From Kiritimatiellia bacterium (GTDB lineage Bacteria > Verrucomicrobiota > Kiritimatiellia > JAAZAB01): a DNA stretch of 64,000 nucleotides. The translations under genes were made by a program, and so were the position numbers. The notes beneath the pieces are model-generated. The model was not told the origin of the DNA and searched no databases. It saw nothing but the letters and a program-made list of their open reading frames with translations. Positions 27,100 through 36,584 of the stretch are shown one piece after another. Positions within the stretch are counted from its first letter, which is position 1, and each line of letters begins with the position of its first letter. The stretch lies in the NCBI GenBank assembly GCA_040767085.1, contig JAXGPF010000008.1, positions 96,001 to 160,000 of the forward strand, read 5' to 3'.

Positions 27100-28608
27100 A
27101 TGCGCGAAGTCAAAGCGATTAATCCGGCCTGGTTCAGCCCCATGACCTGGCTGGGACTCGCGATCCTGGCGGCGGTGCTGCTGGGTCCGGGATGGGTCTG
27201 GTTTTTCTGGCGGATCGAACCGGGGCCGGACCAGTTGGCGGTGTTGATCCGGAAAGTCGGGCAGGACCTGCCCTCCGGCCAGATTCTGGCGGAAGCTCCC
27301 GAGCAGAAGGGCATCCAGATGGAAGTGCTGCCTGAGGGCCGTTACTTCCGCAATCCCTACGTCTGGGGGTGGCGGATCGCGCCGATTACGGATGTGCCGC
27401 CCGGCAAGGTGGGCGTACTCGTCCGGCTCTATGGCCGGGACCTGGAGGCCGGCCAGATCATTGCCGGCCCCGATACCAAGGGCATCGTGGCGGAAGTGCT
27501 CCGCCCCGGGAAATACCGCATCAATCCCTTCGCCTACAATGTCCGCTTCTTCGATGCCACGGCCATTCGCGCCGGTTATGTCGGCGTGGTGACTTCGCAG
27601 GAAGGGCGGGACCCGCTGAACACGGATTTGCCCGCCGCCGAACGCAATGTGTTCCTGGTGCAGGATAGCATGAAGGGCGTGCTGCCGGCCGTGTTGGATC
27701 CCGGCACCTATTACCTGAATCCCTACTTGTTAAACGTGGTGGAGGTAAACCTGCAGAGCCAGCGGTTCGAGATGAGCGGGGAGGATGCCATCAGCTTCCT
27801 GACGCTGGACGGATTCACGGTGAATGTCGAGGGCACCCTGGAATTCGCCATCATGCGGGAGTCGGCCGCCTTGCTGACCCACCGGGTGGGCGACATGGAG
27901 GACGTGGTGAAGAAAGTCATTCTGCCGCGCGCCCGGGGATTCAGCCGGCTGGAAGGCAGCAAAAATCCGGCGATCGATTACATCGTGGGCGAGACCCGGC
28001 AGAAATTTCAAAATGTGCTGCAGCAGCATCTGCAGGAGCAATGCGAGGAGTGGGGCGTGGCGATCAAGTCGGTGCTGATCCGCAACATCCTGCCGCCCGA
28101 CCAGATCGCCAGCATCATCCGCGACCGGCAGGTGGCGGTGCAGAATGCCTTGAAATACGAGCAGCAGATCGAACAGGCGCGCTCCAAGGCCGAACTGACC
28201 AGGCAGGAAATGCTGGCGGAACAGAACAAGGAAAAAGTGGTCGCCGAAACCGCGCGCATCCAGGCGGTCATTGAGGCCGAGCAGAACCAGGCGGTGCGCG
28301 TCGTGGCCGCCCAGAAGGATTTGGAGGTGGCGCAGTTGGAAAACGCCGCGGCCGCCTTCCAGGCCGAGGCCCGTCTGCGCGGCGCCCGCGCCGAGCGGGA
28401 CGTGATCGGCCTGCAAAACAAGGCCCAGGCCGATGTGTATGCCGAGCAGGTGCGGGCCTTCGGCACGGGGCTGAATTTCGCCCGCTATACCCTGTACCGC
28501 AAAATCGCGCCGCGCATTGACTCGCTGCTGGCCGCCGACAGTCCCGACGGCCTGGGCGGAATTTTCACCCCGCTGCTGCCGGCGGCGGGCAAGGAGGGCC
28601 AGCCATGA
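27100..28608 (+). CDS. SPFH/band-7 domain membrane protein with three N-terminal beta repeats
   Basis: TM, repeats VL.(E/P)G.Y..NP x3, ISFLTLDGF SPFH start, AEQ-rich coiled coil. Confidence 0.8.
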   Translation: MREVKAINPAWFSPMTWLGLAILAAVLLGPGWVWFFWRIEPGPDQLAVLIRKVGQDLPSGQILAEAPEQKGIQMEVLPEGRYFRNPYVWGWRIAPITDVPPGKVGVLVRLYGRDLEAGQIIAGPDTKGIVAEVLRPGKYRINPFAYNVRFFDATAIRAGYVGVVTSQEGRDPLNTDLPAAERNVFLVQDSMKGVLPAVLDPGTYYLNPYLLNVVEVNLQSQRFEMSGEDAISFLTLDGFTVNVEGTLEFAIMRESAALLTHRVGDMEDVVKKVILPRARGFSRLEGSKNPAIDYIVGETRQKFQNVLQQHLQEQCEEWGVAIKSVLIRNILPPDQIASIIRDRQVAVQNALKYEQQIEQARSKAELTRQEMLAEQNKEKVVAETARIQAVIEAEQNQAVRVVAAQKDLEVAQLENAAAAFQAEARLRGARAERDVIGLQNKAQADVYAEQVRAFGTGLNFARYTLYRKIAPRIDSLLAADSPDGLGGIFTPLLPAAGKEGQP

Positions 28609-30365
28609 AAAAATCTATTTCCAGCATTTTTACCTTGGCGGCCATGGCCGCCCTGGCCTGGTTGTTCTGGCAGTGGGGATTCTGCCGGTTCTATGTCGCG
28701 CCGGGATACATGGCCGTGGTCACTGCCAAAACCGGCCAACCCCTGGAACCGGGCCAGATCCTGGCGCGCTCCGGCCAGAAAGGCGTGCGCGAGGATGTAC
28801 TCGGCGAAGGCCGGCATTTCCTGAATCCGGTGCTTTTCGACGTGGAGATCGTGCCGATCGTGACGATCCCCGTCGGCAAGATCGGCATTGTCACCGCCAA
28901 GATCGGCGCGGAATTGCCGGAAGGCGAGTTTTTAGCCGATGCCGGCCAGAAAGGCATCTGGCGGCACGTGCTGGGGCCGGGCAAGTACCGTTTGAATCCC
29001 TACGGGTACATGATTGACGTCACCGATGCCGTCAGCATTCCCGTCGGCTACGTGGGCGTGCTGACATCGCTGTCCGGCAAGCAGCCGGCCGCGGGCGCAT
29101 TTGCCCGCGCCGGGGAGAAAGGCGTGCGCGCCGATGTGCTGCAGCCGGGCTTGTATTACGTCAATGCCCGCGAATACAAGGTGGACGTGCTGGAAGTGGG
29201 GGTCAACCAGGTGTCGCTGCTGGGCGTGGGCGGCCAGGTCATCACCAAGCGCCAGATCATCACCCAGAGCAAGGCCACGGATGAACTGCAGCGCACGACG
29301 CTCATGGAGCAGCAGCAGCAGCGCCGCGTGTACCTGGAAAAATCGGAAAACCTGGCGGCGCTGGATAAGCGCCCCAGCCGCGCGCTGATGGCGCAGAGCG
29401 ATGCCCGGGCGGAGGGCGCGGCGCCGGCGGCCAAGCCGCTCGGCCGTTCCGACGACACGCTGGCCACGTTTGCCTTGAACCAGATGGTGGAATTTCCTTC
29501 GCGCGACGGATTTGACATCAGCCTGGACATGACGGTGGAATTCGAATTGCTGCCGGAAGCCCTGGCGGAAATATTCCGCAATTACGGCGATCTGCCGGCG
29601 GTGGTGGAAAAAATCATTCTCCCGCAGATTCTTTCCGTTTCGCGCCTGAAAGGCTCCGCCTACGGCGCCAAGGATTTCGTGGTCGGCGAAGGCCGGGAAA
29701 AATTCCAGAAGGACCTGACGGAAACGCTGGCCGGCACGCTCAAGGAAAAACGCATCATCGTGCATAACGCCTTGATCCGCCATGTGGGCGTGCCGATGCA
29801 GATTCTCGATCCCATCCAGCAGGCCAGCATTGCGGCGGAACAGGATCTGACCAACCGCGAAATGCAGAATACCGCGCGCAAGCTGGCGCAGTTGAACACC
29901 GAGCAGGCGCTGATCGAACAACGCCGCGCCCAGGTGGCCCAGGAGACGGAAAAATTGAAGGCGGAAATCAGGGCTGACCAGGAAAAACAAGTCGCCTTAA
30001 CCCTGGCGGAGGCTACCCGCCGCGTGGCGGAAATCGAGCAGCAGACCGCCGGCGTCCGCGCCGAGCGGACGTTGAAGCTCGGCCAGGCGGAAGCCGAGGT
30101 GATTCAGTTGGTCGAGGGCGAGAAGGCCAGGGGGCAGGTCATGAAGGTGCAGGCTTTCGGCGATCCCCAGGCCTACAGCCTGGCGGAGTTCGCCGCGGGT
30201 TTGAACGACCGGCTCAACATTAACATCATCCATGCTGGCGATGGCACCTTGTGGACGGACCTGGAAAACGCGCGCCTGGGCGACCTGGGCGGCGCCGGCG
30301 TGCTTTCCGGCCGGCCGGCCGCGGGCGGGCCGCCGGCGCGGCCGGCGCCCCGGCAGGTTAAATGA
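28605..30365 (+). CDS. SPFH/band-7 domain membrane protein, paralog of the upstream gene
   Basis: ATGA overlap; same three repeats, VEFPSRDGF, long coiled coil. Confidence 0.8.
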   Translation: MKKSISSIFTLAAMAALAWLFWQWGFCRFYVAPGYMAVVTAKTGQPLEPGQILARSGQKGVREDVLGEGRHFLNPVLFDVEIVPIVTIPVGKIGIVTAKIGAELPEGEFLADAGQKGIWRHVLGPGKYRLNPYGYMIDVTDAVSIPVGYVGVLTSLSGKQPAAGAFARAGEKGVRADVLQPGLYYVNAREYKVDVLEVGVNQVSLLGVGGQVITKRQIITQSKATDELQRTTLMEQQQQRRVYLEKSENLAALDKRPSRALMAQSDARAEGAAPAAKPLGRSDDTLATFALNQMVEFPSRDGFDISLDMTVEFELLPEALAEIFRNYGDLPAVVEKIILPQILSVSRLKGSAYGAKDFVVGEGREKFQKDLTETLAGTLKEKRIIVHNALIRHVGVPMQILDPIQQASIAAEQDLTNREMQNTARKLAQLNTEQALIEQRRAQVAQETEKLKAEIRADQEKQVALTLAEATRRVAEIEQQTAGVRAERTLKLGQAEAEVIQLVEGEKARGQVMKVQAFGDPQAYSLAEFAAGLNDRLNINIIHAGDGTLWTDLENARLGDLGGAGVLSGRPAAGGPPARPAPRQVK

Positions 30366-30368
30366 CCT

Positions 30369-30815
30369 ATGGGTGCCGGACGCGATATCCCCCCGCCGCC
30401 TCCCCGGGCATTGCACCGTGACCGCAGCGCCTGGATGATTCAGCGCGAACGGCTGGGGCTGGACTATCTTCCGCCGGCCGGGCGGGAGGCGGTGCCGGCG
30501 GGCGATGTCATCATGGATTTTTGCCGCAAGCTGGAAACCAGCACGGATTTTGCCGTCTTGCGCAAGATTCAGACTGATTGGGAGGACCTGGCCGGGCCGG
30601 CGCTGGCCCGGCATGTCTGGCCAGCCCGGCTGGAGCGGCAGACTTTGACGCTATGCGTGGAAAATTCCGTTTGGCTCTCGGAAGTGGCGCGGGTGGAATC
30701 GCCGCGTTTGTTGAAGCGGCTGCATGTCCGCATTGCCGCCGCCAGGAAATTGGTGAAAAAAATGCGCCTGACGGTGGATGCCGCCATGGTGCGCCGCAAT
30801 CGCCCCGGCGCCTAG
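30369..30815 (+). CDS. DUF721/DciA-family protein
   Basis: WEDLAGPALARHVWP...L.LCVENSVWLSE. Confidence 0.72.
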   Translation: MGAGRDIPPPPPRALHRDRSAWMIQRERLGLDYLPPAGREAVPAGDVIMDFCRKLETSTDFAVLRKIQTDWEDLAGPALARHVWPARLERQTLTLCVENSVWLSEVARVESPRLLKRLHVRIAAARKLVKKMRLTVDAAMVRRNRPGA

Positions 30816-30838
30816 CGCCAAACCGTCCGCGGCCAGGC

Positions 30839-31507
30839 TTAAGGCAGCCCGCCGGGCGGGCGGGCGCCGCCGCTGTTGACGAACTGCGCGATGGCCGCCA
30901 GCGCCGGCCCGGCATCCGGACCGGTGGCGATGAATTCCAGTTGTTCGCCCTGCACGGCATCCAGGGTCAGCAGGTTGATGATGGATTTGACATTGACGTA
31001 CGGCCGGCCTTGCAGGAGAAAATTGTAATAGGGCATGTCCGGCCGGTGCAGGTAAACCTCGCAGTCGTAGCGCCGGATCATTTCCACCAGGCGCGAAGAG
31101 GGGCGGGTATGCAGGCCGTGGGCATTGGCGACCACGGCGCTGATTTTTAAGAAGCCGTTGCGCTCGAGCGATTCGCGTTCCGCGCGCCAGATGGCGGCAT
31201 AGTTGGCGCACCATTCCTCGGCCGCCAGGGCCCGGCCGATATCGCGGCCCTCGTTTTGCGATCGGAAATATTTATGGCGCTCGATTTCCTGCATCTGGTC
31301 GCGGTTGTCGCGCCGGTGTTTTTCCTTGAGCCATTCCAGGCGAAAGTGCAGAATGAAATGCTCAATCGCCTCTTCCAGGGTAACAGCCGGGTTGCCGGCG
31401 GCGGCCATCCGGCGCTGGTGATCCAGGATGGCCAGCAATTCCGCGGGGGTCAGATTGATGTCCCTGAAATTCAGCGGGCGTTCGGCTGGCGTACCCGTGT
31501 TTTGCAT
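30839..31507 (-). CDS. DUF4032-like domain fused to an HPr phosphocarrier
   Basis: EIERHKYFRSQNEGRDIG..A..EW, then NAHGLHTRP (His15) and VNVKSIINLLTL (Ser46). Confidence 0.8.
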   Translation of the reverse strand: MQNTGTPAERPLNFRDINLTPAELLAILDHQRRMAAAGNPAVTLEEAIEHFILHFRLEWLKEKHRRDNRDQMQEIERHKYFRSQNEGRDIGRALAAEEWCANYAAIWRAERESLERNGFLKISAVVANAHGLHTRPSSRLVEMIRRYDCEVYLHRPDMPYYNFLLQGRPYVNVKSIINLLTLDAVQGEQLEFIATGPDAGPALAAIAQFVNSGGARPPGGLP

Positions 31508-31537
31508 AAGACGATATTATATTGAAAAGACGGACGC

Positions 31538-32086
31538 ATGCAATCCCAAACCCACCCCCATGAACGGCATTGCCGGATTACGCTGCGCTGGCCGGAACCG
31601 CCGCTGCGCGTGGCGCTCGTCGAGCCGGAAATCCCGCCCAATACCGGCAATATCGCGCGCCTGTGCGCCGCCACCGGTTCGCCGCTGCACCTGATCGGTC
31701 CGCTGGGATTCCGTCTGTCCAGCGCCGCCGTCCGCCGGGCCGGCCTGGATTACTGGGATGCGGTGGAACTGGTCCGGCACGATCGGCTGGAGGATTTTTT
31801 CGCCATTGCGCCGCCGGCCCGCTGCCATTTTCTGAGCACCGGCGGCCCGGTGTCATACGCCGCGGTGACTTACCGGCCGGGCGATGCCCTGGTTTTCGGC
31901 AGTGAAAGCCGGGGCTTGCCGGCGGCCTTGCTCGCTGCGCATCCCGACCGGGTGCGGGCCATCCCGCTGCGGGCCGACCGGGTGCGTTCGCTGAATCTTG
32001 CCACGGCCGCCGGCATCGTGTTGTACGAAGCCTTGCGCCAGTTGCAAAACGGCGGTCCTGCGGCTGCCGGACTGCGTCTGCCATAG
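31538..32086 (+). CDS. trmL: tRNA (cytidine34-2'-O)-methyltransferase TrmL
   Basis: EPEIPPNTGNIARLC, RRAGLDYW, FGSESRGL, RSLNLA. Confidence 0.93.
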   Translation: MQSQTHPHERHCRITLRWPEPPLRVALVEPEIPPNTGNIARLCAATGSPLHLIGPLGFRLSSAAVRRAGLDYWDAVELVRHDRLEDFFAIAPPARCHFLSTGGPVSYAAVTYRPGDALVFGSESRGLPAALLAAHPDRVRAIPLRADRVRSLNLATAAGIVLYEALRQLQNGGPAAAGLRLP

Positions 32087-32120
32087 CTTTTGCGACGGCA
32101 GATTGTGGCCGCAGGCCGCC

Positions 32121-32804
32121 TCAGTATGGTTGCAAGGCGCGGGGCTTTTCCACGACTTCGCGCCAGAAGATGGCGCGGCGCATGCCGGCGGCGGATTTCA
32201 AGGCCGCGGTTAAGGCGTGCGGCGGCCGGTTGGTGAATGGCTGCGGCTGCATGGCGGGCATAGCCGGCAGCGCGGCGTTGCGCAGGCTGGCGCCGGCTTG
32301 CAATCCCCGTATCCCTTGCGCCAGTTGGGGCGCCCGCGCTTTGGCCGGTGCGGTTTGCAGGCCGGCCGGTTGCCGGGCGGGCCGGCTCAGTGCAGCGGCA
32401 GGCGCGGCTGGCTTGGACGGGGTGGGGGCCGCGGCCCGGGCCATTGCCGGGCGAGCCGGCATGGCAATTTTCCGCTTGTGAGATTTATCCGCCAAGCCCG
32501 CAGGCGCCGGACGCGCTACCGGACGCGGAACGGGCGGCGGCGCGGCGGGCGGCGTGGCGGGCTTGATTTCCGGCGCCGCTCTTTCCAGCATCTCCGCCAG
32601 GAAATCGTCCAGGTCGCGGTGTTCCGCATCGCCCGGCAGACCGGGCAGCGTTGGCGGACCCGGCGCGCGCCGGTTTTTTTTCATGGAGCGTTGGAGCAAC
32701 TGGGCCGCCACCCAGATCAAGCCGAATACCAGCCAGATCACGCCCTCCAGCGACGAAGCCAATACAACTATGCCGCTTCCGGGTTTTGTGTGGGTAGCCC
32801 CCAT
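32121..32804 (-). CDS. membrane-anchored Pro/Ala-rich protein downstream of floA (YqfB-like position); 5' end interrupted by ISL3
   Basis: TM, then low-complexity region, ending RRAIFWREVVEKPRAL. The original start MFSLIP lies at 34158; an in-frame ATG at 32804 sits inside the IS end. Confidence 0.68.
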   Translation of the reverse strand: MGATHTKPGSGIVVLASSLEGVIWLVFGLIWVAAQLLQRSMKKNRRAPGPPTLPGLPGDAEHRDLDDFLAEMLERAAPEIKPATPPAAPPPVPRPVARPAPAGLADKSHKRKIAMPARPAMARAAAPTPSKPAAPAAALSRPARQPAGLQTAPAKARAPQLAQGIRGLQAGASLRNAALPAMPAMQPQPFTNRPPHALTAALKSAAGMRRAIFWREVVEKPRALQPY

Positions 32805-34132
32805 ATGTAGTGGTGTCAGCATGCGAAAAGGCGGATCATTGGAGACGCGGGCGCTTTCGGCATGAGATCGAGTCCTCCACAATGAAAATAAATGGCTTTT
32901 TTATAGTGATCCCGGTTGCGGAAACCGCAGGCCATCCGTTTGACCTTTTCTATCTTGCTATTAAGGCTTTCGCCCATGGCGTTGGTAACGCGGAGTTTGG
33001 CAAAGGTGACGATGTTAGCCATATGTGCCATCAAGGTCTTCGCCGCCTTGACCATAGCAGGCAACCGGGAGTGTGTTGCCCAGTGATACCACCGCTTAAA
33101 GAACTTCCGCGCCCAGGCCACCGAACGATACGACCACAGATGCCGCAGATTCTCCTTGATCGCCCACGCCCGGCAAACCTTCAAATCTTGGGATTTGAGT
33201 TGTTCGAACTCCACACGACGCCAATCGGGAATATTTTCTTCATTCCAAAGCCAAAGATACTTCGTGTGTTTCAAATCCTCTCGGCCCACTTGCATCAATT
33301 GCCGGTGTTCGATCTTGCGAACCTCGTCGACTGCCTTGGAAACATAGGCTGTCACATGGTATCGATCAAAGACGATCTTCTGGTGGGCAGCGGAAATCCA
33401 AGCGCGTGTCGCCGCGATGTACGGATCCCACATGTCCATGGCCACGGCTTCCACCGCCGCGCGCTCTTCCAGCGTGAACTGTTTGTAATATCCTTCCAAG
33501 CTTCCCTGCTCCCGATTGTCGGCCACATATTCCACCGTCGCTTGCTCCAAATCATAGACCAGCGTCTCGTACTTGTGGCCTTTTGCAAACGATTTCTCGT
33601 CCACCCCGATCCGTGCCGGCAACTTATGTTCCTTGCGATCCCAGCCGCGCGCTACACCACGTTCCACCACCGCCCACGCCTGCTCCCAGCTAATCCCCGT
33701 CAATCGACTAGCTCCACTCAAGCTGCATTCCTCAAGCACTGTAATAATCTGTCGTTCAAAGGCATATGTCATCGGCGAACCATTCTCGCCAAACTCCGAA
33801 AGAATCTGCTTAACCCCGTGCCGAGCGCACTGCGCACGCGGCAGTCGCACATGCACATACGTCGCCATTTCACAACTGTTAAGATGCCGATATTCGCGTT
33901 CCGCCGTGTGGTCGTACACTGGCCCAAATTGCCCACATTCCGGACAGGCCACTTGCACTCCCGGTTCATGCTTAACCCATACGTCCACACGACGGGCACT
34001 CTCGTTCACCTCAACCCGACTAACCAACCAAGGCCCTCGCAATCCCAACAATTTCGCGTATAATGTATTTGCATTCATTCACCACTATTACCACAACCTG
34101 TAGGGGGTGCCCATTCAAAAGTCTGAAGCCCC
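32772..34132 (-). mobile_element. ISL3-family insertion sequence
   Basis: Imperfect IRs GCCGCTTCCGGGTTTTGTGTGGGT / GGGGCTTCAGACTTTTGAATGGGC; 8-bp TSD ACAACTAT at 32764-32771 and 34133-34140. Confidence 0.93.
32816..34078 (-). CDS. ISL3 transposase
   Basis: CPECG zinc finger, IGVDEKSF, AMDMW, FDRYHV, NAMGESLNSKI..KRMACGFRN. Confidence 0.95.
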   Translation of the reverse strand: MNANTLYAKLLGLRGPWLVSRVEVNESARRVDVWVKHEPGVQVACPECGQFGPVYDHTAEREYRHLNSCEMATYVHVRLPRAQCARHGVKQILSEFGENGSPMTYAFERQIITVLEECSLSGASRLTGISWEQAWAVVERGVARGWDRKEHKLPARIGVDEKSFAKGHKYETLVYDLEQATVEYVADNREQGSLEGYYKQFTLEERAAVEAVAMDMWDPYIAATRAWISAAHQKIVFDRYHVTAYVSKAVDEVRKIEHRQLMQVGREDLKHTKYLWLWNEENIPDWRRVEFEQLKSQDLKVCRAWAIKENLRHLWSYRSVAWARKFFKRWYHWATHSRLPAMVKAAKTLMAHMANIVTFAKLRVTNAMGESLNSKIEKVKRMACGFRNRDHYKKAIYFHCGGLDLMPKAPASPMIRLFAC

Positions 34133-34246
34133 ACAACTATTGGGATGAGGGAAAACATGGTGTTCAGTGTGCGGCGGAAGTCGTTCCTTCGAACCCCCTA
34201 AAACCGTAAACCTGAAAAATTTCAAAACGTTAGTTTTAAAAGATGC

Positions 34247-35272
34247 TCAGGCATCTTCCTTGCGGGCCGCCGGCTTGTCTTCGCCGGAGATGGATTCACG
34301 CATGCTGGTGTCGGCGATCAGGTTTTGCATGCGTAGATAATCCATGACGCCCAGTTTGCCTTCGCGCAGGGCTTGCGCCAGGGCGCGCGGCACTTCCGCC
34401 TGGGCTTCCACCACCTTGGCCTGCATCTCCTGCACCCGCGCGCGCATTTCCTGCTCGGCGGCGGTGGCCATGGCGCGGCGGCCTTCCGCCTCGGCCTGGC
34501 GCAGTTTCTTGTCGGCTTCGGCTCTTTCCGTTTCCAGCAAGGCGCCGACGTTGGCAGCGTCCGCTATGCCGGCGACGCTGATATCGGCGATGTCAATCGA
34601 GACGATTTCGAAGGCCGTCTGCGCGTCCAGGCCGCTTTCCAGCACCTTGCGGCTGATGAAGTCGGGGTTTTCCAGCACGTTTTTATAAGAAGCCGCCGAG
34701 CCAATGGCGCTGACGATCCCCTGGCCGACGCGGGCGATGATCGTTTCCTCCGTGGCGCCCCCGACGACTTTCTCGATGTTCATGCGCACGGTGACACGCA
34801 CTTTGACCAGCAACCGGATGCCGTCCTTGGCCACGGCGTCGAGCATGCCGGTGGTGCTTTTGTTGGGGTCGGGGCATTCAATGACTTTGGGGTAGACGCT
34901 GGTGCGCACGGCTTCAAACACATCGCGCCCGGCCAGGTCAATCGCGGCGGCGCGCTGGAAAGTGAGGGAGATATCCGCCTTGTCGGCGGCGATCAGGGCG
35001 TTGACCACGCTGCGGACATCGCCGCCGGCCAGGTAATGGGCTTCCAGCGGATCGGTTTCAATGTTCAAACCGGCCTTGACCAGTTGGATGCGGGTATCCA
35101 CGATCATGGCCGGCGGCACGCGCCGCAGTTTCATCCCGATCAGCGACGCCAGCGATACATGCGCGCCGGACATCAGCGCGCGGATATAGACGCCGATGAA
35201 GTAGAAGAAAATCGAGCCGAGAATAATAACCAGTATGGCGGCGAGAATCAGAATCAGCGTGATGAATGACAT
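34247..35272 (-). CDS. floA: flotillin-like protein FloA (YqfA)
   Basis: [49 protein letters not shown]. Confidence 0.93.
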   Translation of the reverse strand: MSFITLILILAAILVIILGSIFFYFIGVYIRALMSGAHVSLASLIGMKLRRVPPAMIVDTRIQLVKAGLNIETDPLEAHYLAGGDVRSVVNALIAADKADISLTFQRAAAIDLAGRDVFEAVRTSVYPKVIECPDPNKSTTGMLDAVAKDGIRLLVKVRVTVRMNIEKVVGGATEETIIARVGQGIVSAIGSAASYKNVLENPDFISRKVLESGLDAQTAFEIVSIDIADISVAGIADAANVGALLETERAEADKKLRQAEAEGRRAMATAAEQEMRARVQEMQAKVVEAQAEVPRALAQALREGKLGVMDYLRMQNLIADTSMRESISGEDKPAARKEDA

Positions 35273-35469
35273 GGCGGCGCGCTCCTGTATTTGGTTGGGG
35301 ATGGCGTCCGGCGGATTGCCGTTAATTGCGGCGCGGTGCCATCCAGCATCGAAGGGCAATATATGCGCCGGCCGGCATGAAGGCAAGCGAAAATTGCCGG
35401 ACGATGCGCGGATTGGAACAGAAGGAGAAATAACGGATCAGGGGGAGGAGCAGGGATTTGAACAGAAAG

Positions 35470-35514
35470 CCCACCTTGTTCCGCCCTTGTGCTGCCTTAT
35501 GTTTAAAATTCCGG
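35470..35514. repeat. ~45-bp dispersed intergenic repeat (inverted copy at 52822-52866)
   Basis: CCCACCTTGTTCCGCCCTTGTGCTGCCTTATGTTTAAAATTCCGG. Confidence 0.75.
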
Positions 35515-35533
35515 GTTTCATGCGCCGCGGGAG

Positions 35534-36382
35534 TCAAGGCTGCGCCGGCCCGGCGGCACGGACAAATTGCCGGCGGAAGGCGGCCGGGCTGATTCCTTGC
35601 AGCTTGCGGAACCGGTAGGAAAAATAATAGCGGTCGCAGAAGCCGGCGGCTTCGGCTACCTGCTTGATGCTGAGCTTGGAAAAATGCAACAGGAGACAGG
35701 CGCGGTCAATGCGCCGGATTTGGCCGTAAGTTTGCGGCGGCGCGCCCACCGCCTGGCGGAAGCAACGGCAGAAGGCGGTAGGATGCATCCGCATGCGTTC
35801 CGCCAGCGCGCGGTTGGTTGCCGGGCGCCAATCCTGGCTTTCCCACCAGTTGAGCAGTTCCCACAGGCGCGGCGGGTAGCAGTCGGCCGGTGGCAACGAT
35901 GCGTCCGGCAAGGACGCGAGCGCGTGCCAGCATAGATTCAAGGCCGTGGCGGCGCAGCGCGCCTGGGTGGCGGGATCGGCGGCCGCGCCTTGCCGGGGAT
36001 ATATGCCGCGCATGGCCGCCAGCAGCGGCGCTGCCGCCGGGAATTGATGGACCTGGTTTTGGACATGCGCGAAGGGCAGGCCCACGGTAAAATGTGTGAA
36101 GTAATGCTCTACCGTTTGCGACAGTTCCTGGGAAAGCGTGGTATTGGGCGCCACCAGCATAAAATGGTCCGGCTCCAGGTTGTGGCATCGACCGTCTTCG
36201 GCGCGCAAACAGGCGCCGGGCCGGTCGTTCCAATAAAGCCGCCAATAAGGGCTGCGCACATTCTGAGTGCGCCATTGCCGCGGTTGCAAGTTCAGGTGTG
36301 CACAGCATAGCAGTGTCAACTGGGGCGTGTGGCCGATGTTGACGTGCCCCCAGGTCAGCGGCTTGACCTGATTTGTGTTCAT
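35534..36382 (-). CDS. AraC-family transcriptional regulator
   Basis: Cupin N-terminus; SIKQVAEAAGFCDRYYFSYRFRK..GISPAAFR. Confidence 0.92.
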   Translation of the reverse strand: MNTNQVKPLTWGHVNIGHTPQLTLLCCAHLNLQPRQWRTQNVRSPYWRLYWNDRPGACLRAEDGRCHNLEPDHFMLVAPNTTLSQELSQTVEHYFTHFTVGLPFAHVQNQVHQFPAAAPLLAAMRGIYPRQGAAADPATQARCAATALNLCWHALASLPDASLPPADCYPPRLWELLNWWESQDWRPATNRALAERMRMHPTAFCRCFRQAVGAPPQTYGQIRRIDRACLLLHFSKLSIKQVAEAAGFCDRYYFSYRFRKLQGISPAAFRRQFVRAAGPAQP

Positions 36383-36584
36383 GCTAATTTTACGAACAAC
36401 TTGGCTAATTCCGTTAATTGCATAAATTCTGGATGCATGATAACTTGATTGTAGAAAAAATCAAGTATGCAGCGTTCGGCGGAACGGTTTGGTTCGTATG
36501 TTTTATCCGGCATGATGTTATTTTGACGTATATGCTTCCGCCAGCAAGTTGATAATATTTCTGTTGATGTAAGGACGGTTTTGC

